Shown one piece after another: positions 17,452 to 24,809 of a stretch of DNA of 24,809 nt. The notes beneath the pieces were generated by a model that saw nothing but the letters and a program-made list of their open reading frames with translations, did not search any database and was not told where the DNA came from. The translations under genes and the position numbers were made by a program. Location: IMG/VR virus record IMGVR_UViG_3300028422_001969, positions 1-24,809 of that record; one strand, 5' to 3'. The stretch is from a virus. Taxonomy: Duplodnaviria > Caudoviricetes. Each line of letters opens with the position of its first letter. The first letter of the stretch is position 1.

Positions 17452-18369
17452 TTAGATCACCATTCCGTCGCCGCCGTCGCCGCCAGCACCTGTGTTGCCA
17501 GTAGCAACGCCTGAAGTGATGTATGAGATTCTCACATCTGTCCCTACATACACGGACGGATCGTCGGTGATGATCGTAGCACTCGCACCGTCCGAAGCCA
17601 TAGCTACGAATACAGGGATGATACCCTCTGCCATTACGACGAAAGCCATACCGTTGGCGGCTTCACCTTTTGCAACCTTGGTGAGCTCGATCACACCACC
17701 TGCAAGTACCGTTGTATCATCTACAGCCATGACCAAACCGCTGATCCCGGCAGCAATAGACTCTGAAAGCAATCTACCCTGGTTGGCTGATAGCGGCTTA
17801 TCTACCGCAATACTGGTCAGACTGTCTACCACATCGCTGTATCTTACAAGCTCAGACACATCGGTTTGTCTGTACTGGAGCGTTCTGATGAGTACCCAGT
17901 CAGTACCGTTGTAGATGTAGTGAGCACCAAAAGGCGTACCGTCAGTGTCGTATCCAACTTCAGGATCAGAACTTGCATTCGCAACGAATACCCTTACACC
18001 CTGTCTCTTCGGAATTACAAGCCCGATAGCGTCGTCATCCCTCTCTGCGAGGTCTGCCGCAAAGTATGTGTCATCTACCTCAGCGATATACGCCTTGATC
18101 TGGTCAATCGACCATGTGGCAGTTGTCCCGGCAGTTGATGTATCCTGGATCATCGCGTCGATACGCTGAGTGTTCAGATCGGTCTTTGAATTGAGCTCCG
18201 TAAGTGCCGCTGTAGATACTGGAGCTGTTGGGCTGTTTGACGCTGTTGCGCTTGATAGCGTACCGATTACGGAATTTTTGTCAAGCTTTGCGAGAAGCGT
18301 AGGGTTGAGGTCCTTGATTGTTGACATACCGAGTTTTACTTGGTTACCAATAGATGAAAGAAATCCCAT
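17452..18369 (-). CDS. Fibre-like or decoration structural protein, 305 aa
   Basis: SD AAAGGA. Phage fibre motifs TTATWSIDQIK, ADLAERD...VRVFVANASSD...YIYNGTDWV and VVDSLTSIAVDKPLSANQGRLL. Confidence 0.65.
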   Translation of the reverse strand: MGFLSSIGNQVKLGMSTIKDLNPTLLAKLDKNSVIGTLSSATASNSPTAPVSTAALTELNSKTDLNTQRIDAMIQDTSTAGTTATWSIDQIKAYIAEVDDTYFAADLAERDDDAIGLVIPKRQGVRVFVANASSDPEVGYDTDGTPFGAHYIYNGTDWVLIRTLQYRQTDVSELVRYSDVVDSLTSIAVDKPLSANQGRLLSESIAAGISGLVMAVDDTTVLAGGVIELTKVAKGEAANGMAFVVMAEGIIPVFVAMASDGASATIITDDPSVYVGTDVRISYITSGVATGNTGAGGDGGDGMVI

Positions 18370-18409
18370 CGTTTTTCCTTTGTGTTAGTGTTATGGAGAG
18401 CTGTAGGCT

Positions 18410-18432
18410 CACAAAGCCCATTGGTGTGGGCT
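18410..18432 (-). terminator. Possible intrinsic terminator after the capsid and adaptor genes
   Basis: AGCCCA-CACCAA-TGGGCT followed by TTGTG, just after the adaptor stop. The U-tract is short. Confidence 0.45.
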
Positions 18433-18435
18433 CAG

Positions 18436-18846
18436 TCAACCTACAATGTTTGAGTTATAGACAGATATGACCCTTTCGGCTCTTTGTTCAAAAATAGACT
18501 TCTTTTCGTAGAGTGGATTATCGCTGCTTGCCTTTTTGGATAGGTATGAGCATACGAAGTACACCACCGCAAAAAAAAGAGCGTCATCGATAGGTATTTG
18601 CTGATCTGCTATTTCTGAAATTTCCTGAGTTGGGAACATTGGGTGCTTGATATATTTTTCATCATGTATGACCCTGAATACATCGGTTGAGTCGTCTGTG
18701 AGATCGGCGATAAGCGACTGAGGTTCGCACCTCATGGCTACCTCGTATAGGGCTGCCTTGAAGTGGAGCTTTGATGGTACGGTTTCTATGTTGTCGCCGA
18801 CCATGTAGAGCGATATGAACTCAAGAGCCTCGCCGTAGGTCATCAT
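18436..18846 (-). CDS. Putative head-tail adaptor/connector, 136 aa
   Basis: Directly after the MCP (TAATG coupling). Helical, with YIKHP..P, IPIDDALFFAVVYFVCSYL and a terminal helix, like connector proteins. Confidence 0.6.
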   Translation of the reverse strand: MMTYGEALEFISLYMVGDNIETVPSKLHFKAALYEVAMRCEPQSLIADLTDDSTDVFRVIHDEKYIKHPMFPTQEISEIADQQIPIDDALFFAVVYFVCSYLSKKASSDNPLYEKKSIFEQRAERVISVYNSNIVG

Positions 18847-19781
18847 TACTTGAGCCCTGACCCACAGGCGAAGTAGTCATCTTTCTTCATCTCTACTGTA
18901 CAGGAGGTGTAGTAACGACCGAATCTTGCAGTTTTTGAGGTAGGCGGCTCGCTGAACTTCGTAGCGATCTTGTTCATAAGGTTGATCTCATTGAGTCTGC
19001 CAATAAACACTTTGTCACTGAGCTTAGCATGAGCGAATAGCCTGTGCATCTTTACCTTTACCGATCCAAAGTCCGTCTCAAGTTCGTACAGTGTTGGGTC
19101 AAACTTCTTTTCGTCTTTGACTTTTCTGAAGTATTGATCCCCGGCGAACTTGTTGATAGCTTTCTTGAGTGATGGACCTACTACAAGGGTGAAAGATTCA
19201 TCCTCGATACCGCCGTTCTCCCAGATAGGCTGTAACATTTCGCCGAGCTTTTCGTATGTGAAGTCAGTAAGCGACCCTGTACCGTTGCTGTTTGTATCGA
19301 ACATCTTCCTGTGAGCTGTCGGTACATAGTTGAAGATGCCAGCCATTTTTGCAGGGGTAGTAGGAGTTCCGGCAGTGTAAGAGTCAAAAACGCTTGCATT
19401 ATGAAGCCCTAGCATTGCGTATTCAATGTCTTTTGCGTGTTCCTTGCCCTTTTTGGCGGTTCTGTAGGGCCATTCTTTTTGACCGTACTTGCTGTTGTCC
19501 GCCTCTTCATCTGACATACCGTAGTCTGTTTTGATGATCTGCACCACATTCTCTTTCATGTACTTTGTGTCGGTGGTATTCTCCTCGATATCTGTGATCT
19601 CAAGGTTGAAGTTTTGACCTGCATCTGCGTATCTGTCGAGAATCCATGAGTGCTTTGGTGCCGTCACCTTACCTCTTCCGCACCATTCGAGGAAAGGAGT
19701 GGTATGCACCCCTTGCAAGATGATAGCGTCGAGAATGGACGGCTTTTGATTCACCTGATTGTGATAGTATAGAAGTGCCAT
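18846..19781 (-). CDS. Major capsid protein, DUF5309/SU10-type HK97 fold, 311 aa
   Basis: TPFL..G...HSWILD, ENVVQI, KEHAKDIEYAML, MAGI and ETDFGSV motifs. Follows the scaffold; SD TAAGGAG. Confidence 0.88.
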   Translation of the reverse strand: MALLYYHNQVNQKPSILDAIILQGVHTTPFLEWCGRGKVTAPKHSWILDRYADAGQNFNLEITDIEENTTDTKYMKENVVQIIKTDYGMSDEEADNSKYGQKEWPYRTAKKGKEHAKDIEYAMLGLHNASVFDSYTAGTPTTPAKMAGIFNYVPTAHRKMFDTNSNGTGSLTDFTYEKLGEMLQPIWENGGIEDESFTLVVGPSLKKAINKFAGDQYFRKVKDEKKFDPTLYELETDFGSVKVKMHRLFAHAKLSDKVFIGRLNEINLMNKIATKFSEPPTSKTARFGRYYTSCTVEMKKDDYFACGSGLK

Positions 19782-19790
19782 TTATCGTAA

Positions 19791-19828
19791 TCTCCTTATT
19801 GGGTTTATGGCATTTTCCAATAAGGAGA
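19791..19828 (-). promoter_or_regulatory. Hairpin sequestering the major capsid SD
   Basis: tctccttattgg (19791-19802) / ccaataaggaga (19817-19828) is a 12-bp perfect stem with a 14-nt loop. The 3' arm on the mRNA is CCAATAAGGAGA. Confidence 0.8.
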
Positions 19829-19846
19829 GTTTAAAAGTATACGGGT
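19812..19846 (-). promoter_or_regulatory. Putative late promoter/activator site, copy 3 (before MCP)
   Basis: ACCCGTA-TACTTTTAAAC (19839-19829), 11-nt spacer, GAAAAT (19817-19812). 16 of 18 nt identical to copy 1. Confidence 0.6.
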
Positions 19847-20362
19847 TTACTGCACACCTAAGATGTAGTCGCCAAGATCAAAGTCATTTGCCTTTCCGCC
19901 CTTGACCGCATCTTCGAGATACTCCCTTGACGGTGAACCCTCGCCCTCTGTGATTTTGTCAGGATCTTCCTGCGGCTCTATGGCTACCTTTGCAGCCCTG
20001 TAAGCCATCTCCATACCGTCTTTAGTGCTTCTCATCTTCTTTGCGAATTCTGGGCTGATAGCTTCTACTTTGGCGATCTCTTTCTCCACAAGATCAAGTG
20101 GAATCCCCGGATACTTCCTGCTCATCTCGCTTGATATCTCGTTTCTGGTCATCTCATCGATCCTGTTTTGCAACTGCTCAATACTGCTTGCTTGCTGATC
20201 GATACCAAGGAGACTCTTTGCCTGTGCGATATCATCGCCATGTTGCTGCTGAGGTTGCTGTGGCTGCTGCATTTGCTGTTGTTGCTGTGCTTGCATTTCC
20301 GCTATCTGATCGGCTGTAGGCTGCTGTTGTGCCGGGGGCATATCGTTGTATTTATTTTCCAT
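19847..20362 (-). CDS. Putative capsid scaffolding protein, 171 aa
   Basis: Immediately upstream of the MCP. Gln-rich disordered N-terminus, coiled coil, acidic linker and short C-terminal helix. Confidence 0.7.
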   Translation of the reverse strand: MENKYNDMPPAQQQPTADQIAEMQAQQQQQMQQPQQPQQQHGDDIAQAKSLLGIDQQASSIEQLQNRIDEMTRNEISSEMSRKYPGIPLDLVEKEIAKVEAISPEFAKKMRSTKDGMEMAYRAAKVAIEPQEDPDKITEGEGSPSREYLEDAVKGGKANDFDLGDYILGVQ

Positions 20363-20363
20363 C

Positions 20364-20594
20364 TTATTTATCCTCTACCTTGATCCAGTCTGTAGCCATA
20401 ACATCTTCGATTGACGGTTGGTATGCAAAGTCGCCTTTACCGATAACAAGGTGTGGTTTTGTTTCATTTTTTGGAGTGTAGATGTACCACTCTTTCCATT
20501 CCGATCTCTTCATTTTAGCGTCCTTTGACGCAATGATGGCATCGTAGATATTCATACCGTCAATAACGCCTGTTTCAGTCTTTTCTTTCTCCAT
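20364..20594 (-). CDS. DUF2829-family protein, Tad2 (Thoeris anti-defence)-like, 76 aa
   Basis: MNIYDAI...KMKRSEW N-terminal motif and YQPSIEDVMATDWIKV C-terminal motif. SD AAGGGA. Confidence 0.7.
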   Translation of the reverse strand: MEKEKTETGVIDGMNIYDAIIASKDAKMKRSEWKEWYIYTPKNETKPHLVIGKGDFAYQPSIEDVMATDWIKVEDK

Positions 20595-20847
20595 TTTGTT
20601 CCCTTTCTGTTTCTTCTTGTAGTGATTCTATGAGCCCGTCAATGAGTATCATAACCGATCCCATTCCAGCCATCTCTTTTACCTTGTGTACCCTCGATGA
20701 ATCTGAGAGCTCATCATCAAGAACACCGTTCCATAATGACTTGCGCCTCATCTCTATCTCTTCGGTAAGCATCATGTAGCCGCAGCTACCCCTGAAGTCA
20801 GTGAGGCTTTTCAGGCACTCATGCTTATCAACGATCTCATTGCTCAT
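20575..20847 (-). CDS. Small helical head-module protein, 90 aa
   Basis: SD GGAGG, overlaps the portal stop. Small helical proteins are common at this position in podoviruses. Confidence 0.6.
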   Translation of the reverse strand: MSNEIVDKHECLKSLTDFRGSCGYMMLTEEIEMRRKSLWNGVLDDELSDSSRVHKVKEMAGMGSVMILIDGLIESLQEETEREQNGERKD

Positions 20848-22357
20848 CTTTTTCCTCCATTATGTGTGATACCGTCTTCAGCCTCAATAGCTTCATTTTT
20901 TCCTTGTATAGCTCATCTAGTATGCTGAGGTATTTTTGTGTTCTTGAAGCATCCTGTATCTGCATCGCAACGGATAGCATTTCATGTGCGCTCTTTTCTG
21001 CCGTGCTGATATTGTTGAGTTGGATTTCGCTGTTTATCGCTCCAACCCCTGTGTTGATGCTGATTGAGAAGAGAAGCCTTTTTGACCTGTCTGCCTCATA
21101 GAGCAATGGGTTCGTGTCGTACTTGTAGAGGAGTATGACTATCCTTGCTATCATCGGCTCAAAGAAGCTCTCATTTAACGATCTGATAATGTCCTCGATT
21201 ACACTGTTGCCCTCCTGTGTTAAGATTGATACACCTGTCGCCGTCTGGTTGAGGTTCGCCTTATCGTTCATACCCTGGTTGTACTTTGTGATACCGCTCA
21301 CCTCCTGCATCTCGCCGTCGATCCTGTCGGCGTTGTACATAGACTGATTGATGTCAGGTACTGGTATCTCTTTCACCTCCTTGAGATTTGATACAGACAC
21401 CTTTTTCCTATTTGCGAGCAGATCGGCTTCGCTTAGACCTGAAGCTTTTGTTGCAAGGTAGCTTGGATTTAACTGTCTGTCGATCATGTCTATCTGCTGA
21501 TTTCTGGCAATTGTGTACTCCTCCTGGAGCGGAACCATAGACTCTATGAAGCTTCCTCCGTAAGCCTCTACAGAATTCTGCTCATCGATACCTACGAACT
21601 GAGGCTCAACATTTCCTATGATGAACGGCAGACCATCCTTGAGCTTACGGTCAATAGAGATGATCTCATCGTTTGGAAGAACTGTAGACACATACCAGTT
21701 CCCATCCTTGAGCCTGTAAACATCCCTCACCTCGACCCTTGAGGCATCACCGAGGTCAACGCTTGAAACCATACTCGTATCATAGTCGCCTATGAAGTTT
21801 TTCCACGCCTGTTTACGACCATATTGAGCTTTTAGCTTCCCGATTGTGGTGGTGACACGGTGCACACAGTACTGGATATCAAAGTGATTTTCAGCATTTG
21901 GATCGAGGTGTAAGTCTTTTATCTTTACCCTGTTTACCCTCAGTCCATTTTTCCAGTACACCTTTGCGTATGGCGTACCGTAGACAAGAGAATCGATCAC
22001 TGACGGCTTGAGTCTGGTGTACAGGTTGATCTTTTTTGTAGTCCACTCGTTAAGCAGGGCCTGTACCCTGCCATACAAGGTGAGATCATCGTCGGTTGCC
22101 GGGAGTATCTTCGCAAACTCGTCGCTCTCAAAGTAGGTTTTCATTACGGATATTGCGACCCTCCTCACCTTTGCCTTGATGATCTTTGGTGCAATATGGC
22201 TCTTCCTCCTCGTCCTGAGGCTATCGATGAGCTCCTGCGTGAGCGTGTTTGTGTACCCGTTCTCAAGGCGTATGAATTGATCCTTGTATGCCTCATACCC
22301 TTTCTTAGCCTCATCAACCATATCGAGTATCAATCTCTTTGTTTCATCGTTACCCAT
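20837..22357 (-). CDS. Portal protein (P22/SU10-like), 506 aa
   Basis: Size and position between terL and scaffold. DSLVYGT, LQEEY...RNQQID and EVSGI...QG...TATGVSIL motifs. Confidence 0.88.
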   Translation of the reverse strand: MGNDETKRLILDMVDEAKKGYEAYKDQFIRLENGYTNTLTQELIDSLRTRRKSHIAPKIIKAKVRRVAISVMKTYFESDEFAKILPATDDDLTLYGRVQALLNEWTTKKINLYTRLKPSVIDSLVYGTPYAKVYWKNGLRVNRVKIKDLHLDPNAENHFDIQYCVHRVTTTIGKLKAQYGRKQAWKNFIGDYDTSMVSSVDLGDASRVEVRDVYRLKDGNWYVSTVLPNDEIISIDRKLKDGLPFIIGNVEPQFVGIDEQNSVEAYGGSFIESMVPLQEEYTIARNQQIDMIDRQLNPSYLATKASGLSEADLLANRKKVSVSNLKEVKEIPVPDINQSMYNADRIDGEMQEVSGITKYNQGMNDKANLNQTATGVSILTQEGNSVIEDIIRSLNESFFEPMIARIVILLYKYDTNPLLYEADRSKRLLFSISINTGVGAINSEIQLNNISTAEKSAHEMLSVAMQIQDASRTQKYLSILDELYKEKMKLLRLKTVSHIMEEKDEQ

Positions 22358-22817
22358 CAGTATCCTTTATCTTGTTGATTATAAATCTTGCTTTGTACCT
22401 CGACACGCCGACCGCTGCCATGATCTGATCCTCGCTCCAGCCGGAAGCAGCCAAATCTTCAACGATCAATGTTTCAACTATTCGTTTTGATACCGGGATC
22501 GGGGTACTGTAATCAGTGGCGTTGTTGACAATATCAAAGAAGTCACCTGATATCATCGCATATCGCTTGAAGCTGTCTGATATCTTGAAGCTGTCCTTGC
22601 GCGACATATAGTATGTGACCGGGATCATCTCTCTTATCTGCCTTGGAGTGAAGCCAAGTTCTTTGAGAATGTAGACTGCAAAGGCATTTGCCTGTTGCTT
22701 CTTGGCAGACACTTTCATATCTCCATGCTCGCACACAGCCTTGTACACCTTGAGTAGATCATTTCCGAACATTTCCCTGATAGCCGATCTGTTGACTTCT
22801 CGTGTTGATATCACCAT
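22350..22817 (-). CDS. Putative DNA-binding protein with two HTH-like units (Mor/C-like candidate), 155 aa
   Basis: LKELGFTPRQIREMI and LAASGWSEDQIMAAVGVSRYKARFII. Overlaps terL and portal in-operon. Confidence 0.5.
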   Translation of the reverse strand: MVISTREVNRSAIREMFGNDLLKVYKAVCEHGDMKVSAKKQQANAFAVYILKELGFTPRQIREMIPVTYYMSRKDSFKISDSFKRYAMISGDFFDIVNNATDYSTPIPVSKRIVETLIVEDLAASGWSEDQIMAAVGVSRYKARFIINKIKDTDG

Positions 22818-24211
22818 ACACCCCCTGCGTGGCTGTATGGTGTGGCGGATATGGAGGCACCGTATAGATCGTACTCCTCTTCGTAAACAGACTCGTCGTA
22901 GATCATCGTGTTCATAGATATTGCGAAAGCATCAGCTTTGTCCGGCGATCTTCCCAAATCTTTCTTGATCTGCTTCTTATCAACAAGCTGAATCTTTCCG
23001 TAGGTGTTTATGAAATACCTCTGAGCCATGAGCTCCCCTACGAGTTCATCGTCATCAGGAAGCTTTGCATCTTCAAGAGCCTCTTCAAGCTTGTAGTACC
23101 ACTCTGCTCTCTTATTCTGGTAGGTATCCGAGTCATCAGCCGTGTGAGATGCTTTGACCCCGATCACAATATCAAGCCCTGCCTCATGGCACACAGACGG
23201 TAGACCGCTACCAAGTCCGATTGCATCAACGAAGATCACCGACGGCTTCCTCACCGATCGGTTATACTCGTATAGTAGCCACCCCTTGAGCGTTGCAAGG
23301 TCGGCTCCCTCTTTGGTTTTAACCTCGTAGAAGTGAAGCCCCTTTCTCTTTACAAGGACAGACTTATCATCCCCGAAGTCTGCTACATCAAGAGCCCACA
23401 CCTCAGCACCGCTTGAGTCAAATTGCTCATTTTGCTGAGCGTCTTCAATCTTATCGAGAGAGAAAACAGCGTCTGAGCTCTGTTTCGGGAAGTCACCTTT
23501 GACCCTTACCCGGTACACATCGCTATTTTCACCGTACTGCCTCTTCTTTTCAGCGATCCACGCCTTTGATACATTCTTCGAGTTTTCAGCGTTGAACTGG
23601 TAAACGCTCCACTGCCATCGATTTTTGTGGTGAGAATCGTAGAAATACCCCTCTACTCTGGTTGGGTTCGCCGTCATTACAACAAATGATCCGTCCGTGG
23701 TTAGCGCACCCTCGACAACCTCGAAGATATTTTGTGGGATACCTGAAGCCTCGTCTATTATGAATAGGATATTGGTAGCGTGAAACCCCTGCAATGCTTC
23801 AGGCTGATCTTTACGGGCGGTTCTTGCAACGGCAAAGTTGCCATTCTCGAAGTCAACCCTTTCGGACTTGATATCTACCTCTTTTTTCAACTGGAGCGGC
23901 AGCTTATCGCGCCATTTGCGTATCTCGGGTAGCAGTAGATCGTAAAGCTGAGGTGCGGCGGGGGCGGTCATCGGTATCTTTGCATCATCTTTGAATAGCC
24001 CCCACCACAGGATGATCCATGAGAGCATCGAAGTTTTACCAGTACCGTGACCGGATCGTATCGATATCTTGCGCTCACCATTGTCTATATCGTTGAGTAC
24101 AGTTTCCTGGTCCTCTGTAGGCTCAGCCTTGAGCATCATTACAACGAAGAACCGTATGCTCTTTGAAGCAGCCATCAGCAGTAGCTTATCCTCACTGTTG
24201 AGCTTAGCCAT
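22811..24211 (-). CDS. terL: Terminase large subunit, 466 aa
   Basis: Walker A SGHGTGKT, Walker B FIIDEASG, coupling motif TANP, nuclease motifs LDVADFGDD and SPDKADA. Confidence 0.95.
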   Translation of the reverse strand: MAKLNSEDKLLLMAASKSIRFFVVMMLKAEPTEDQETVLNDIDNGERKISIRSGHGTGKTSMLSWIILWWGLFKDDAKIPMTAPAAPQLYDLLLPEIRKWRDKLPLQLKKEVDIKSERVDFENGNFAVARTARKDQPEALQGFHATNILFIIDEASGIPQNIFEVVEGALTTDGSFVVMTANPTRVEGYFYDSHHKNRWQWSVYQFNAENSKNVSKAWIAEKKRQYGENSDVYRVRVKGDFPKQSSDAVFSLDKIEDAQQNEQFDSSGAEVWALDVADFGDDKSVLVKRKGLHFYEVKTKEGADLATLKGWLLYEYNRSVRKPSVIFVDAIGLGSGLPSVCHEAGLDIVIGVKASHTADDSDTYQNKRAEWYYKLEEALEDAKLPDDDELVGELMAQRYFINTYGKIQLVDKKQIKKDLGRSPDKADAFAISMNTMIYDESVYEEEYDLYGASISATPYSHAGGVW

Positions 24212-24809
24212 TGTCTACCTCTACAGTATCCACATCGATGAATTTCTCAGGCTCATCGCGGGTCATCCTGAAGTTCTCAAGCAGTTGCTGCACATCGTCA
24301 TCGGTTACCGAACTGTCATTCTTGATCTGGTCGCGAACCGATACGGTGACATTGAGATCGACCTGAGCACGGAACATATCTATCGACTTACCGAGGAGCT
24401 CAAGTACCCTGGTCCTGTCGTTGAGAGATATTTGTACCGACTCTTCAACACCAAACTCCGTATCTTTTTTGGAGAGCTTTATGGACTTAACCATAAGGGC
24501 AGTGTAGGAGTCGATATCTTCCCTGACCTTTCCTGTTGCAGGATCGATGATATCAAAGACGCTTGTGGTACTCATGGCGTTCAGCCTGGCGATCACATCG
24601 GCACTTGTTACCTGTATCGTTTTCTTTGCCTGTTCTCTGAGCTTTTTGAGCCTTGAGGATACCAGTGGAGTGTCAAGTAGCTTTATCGCTTTGTGAGGCG
24701 AATCTACCCCGAAAGCTTCCTTGTATGAGCGTGACAGGTTGTTGGTTGCAAAGTAAGTCTCGATGAACTTCTCTTCCCGTGGCGATAGTACTTTGCGAGT
24801 TTGTGACAT
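24204..24809 (-). CDS. terS: Terminase small subunit, 201 aa
   Basis: LSPREEKF...Y...NLSRSYKEAF...AIKLL..P HTH and VTSADVIARL oligomerisation helix, directly upstream of terL. ATG is at the window edge, so upstream context is not visible. Confidence 0.85.
   Translation of the reverse strand: MSQTRKVLSPREEKFIETYFATNNLSRSYKEAFGVDSPHKAIKLLDTPLVSSRLKKLREQAKKTIQVTSADVIARLNAMSTTSVFDIIDPATGKVREDIDSYTALMVKSIKLSKKDTEFGVEESVQISLNDRTRVLELLGKSIDMFRAQVDLNVTVSVRDQIKNDSSVTDDDVQQLLENFRMTRDEPEKFIDVDTVEVDNG

Larger units (their letters stand above)
1..24809 (-). mobile_element. Phage/prophage late region (podovirus-like morphogenesis and lysis module)
   Basis: terS-terL-portal-scaffold-MCP-adaptor-tail-ejection-lysis synteny on one strand. 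No integrase or att site in the window, so free phage vs prophage cannot be decided. Confidence 0.93.

Noticed and set aside
18571-18578. T8 run (minus strand) in the adaptor gene as a frameshift site
   Set aside because: It encodes LFF in a helix shared with the paralogue, the -1 frame stops after about 18 codons, and it is not at a domain boundary.
20240-20330. CAG/CAA-rich tract as a microsatellite or array
   Set aside because: It is explained by the Gln-rich disordered N-terminus of the scaffold; codons are mixed.
24069-24656. 195-aa plus-strand ORF, and all other plus-strand ORFs in the track
   Set aside because: They lie antisense to well-supported minus-strand genes, have Ser/Leu/Ile-rich shadow composition and show no recognisable motifs.
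1-24809. Alternative genetic code, introns/inteins, tRNAs, or a firm host assignment
   Set aside because: The standard code gives near-complete coding density, terL, portal and MCP are normal length, and no gap is long enough for a tRNA. AAGGA-type SDs and the head genes loosely suggest a Campylobacterota-like host, but this cannot be supported without a search.

Overview
This window is one tightly packed, minus-strand late operon (DNA packaging, virion, lysis) of a tailed phage or prophage. It has no recognisable tape measure or sheath and ends in large ejection-type proteins, so it is most likely a podovirus. Gene order from the right edge: terS, terL, a 155-aa protein with two HTH-like units, portal, two small proteins (one DUF2829/Tad2-like), scaffold, DUF5309/SU10-type major capsid, head-tail adaptor, about 12 fibre/tail/unknown proteins, a 316-aa and a 1561-aa (LPD23-like, HExxH) internal protein, then a TM/coiled-coil protein, holin and GH19 endolysin. 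Four signals stand out. (1) An 11-bp motif TACTTTWAAAC occurs in three intergenic gaps, each time 11 nt before a -10-like hexamer. At two of these sites it abuts 12-13 bp hairpins that bury the next gene's Shine-Dalgarno, and a candidate tandem Mor/C-like activator is encoded in the same operon. (2) A Tad2-like anti-defence candidate sits inside the head module. (3) An adaptor paralogue is fused to fibre repeats across an A8 slippery run that has its own internal SD+GTG. (4) Two tail-region proteins share a GGDGxVI C-terminus. All family assignments are by-eye motif recognition; no searches were run. All plus-strand ORFs look like antisense shadows.
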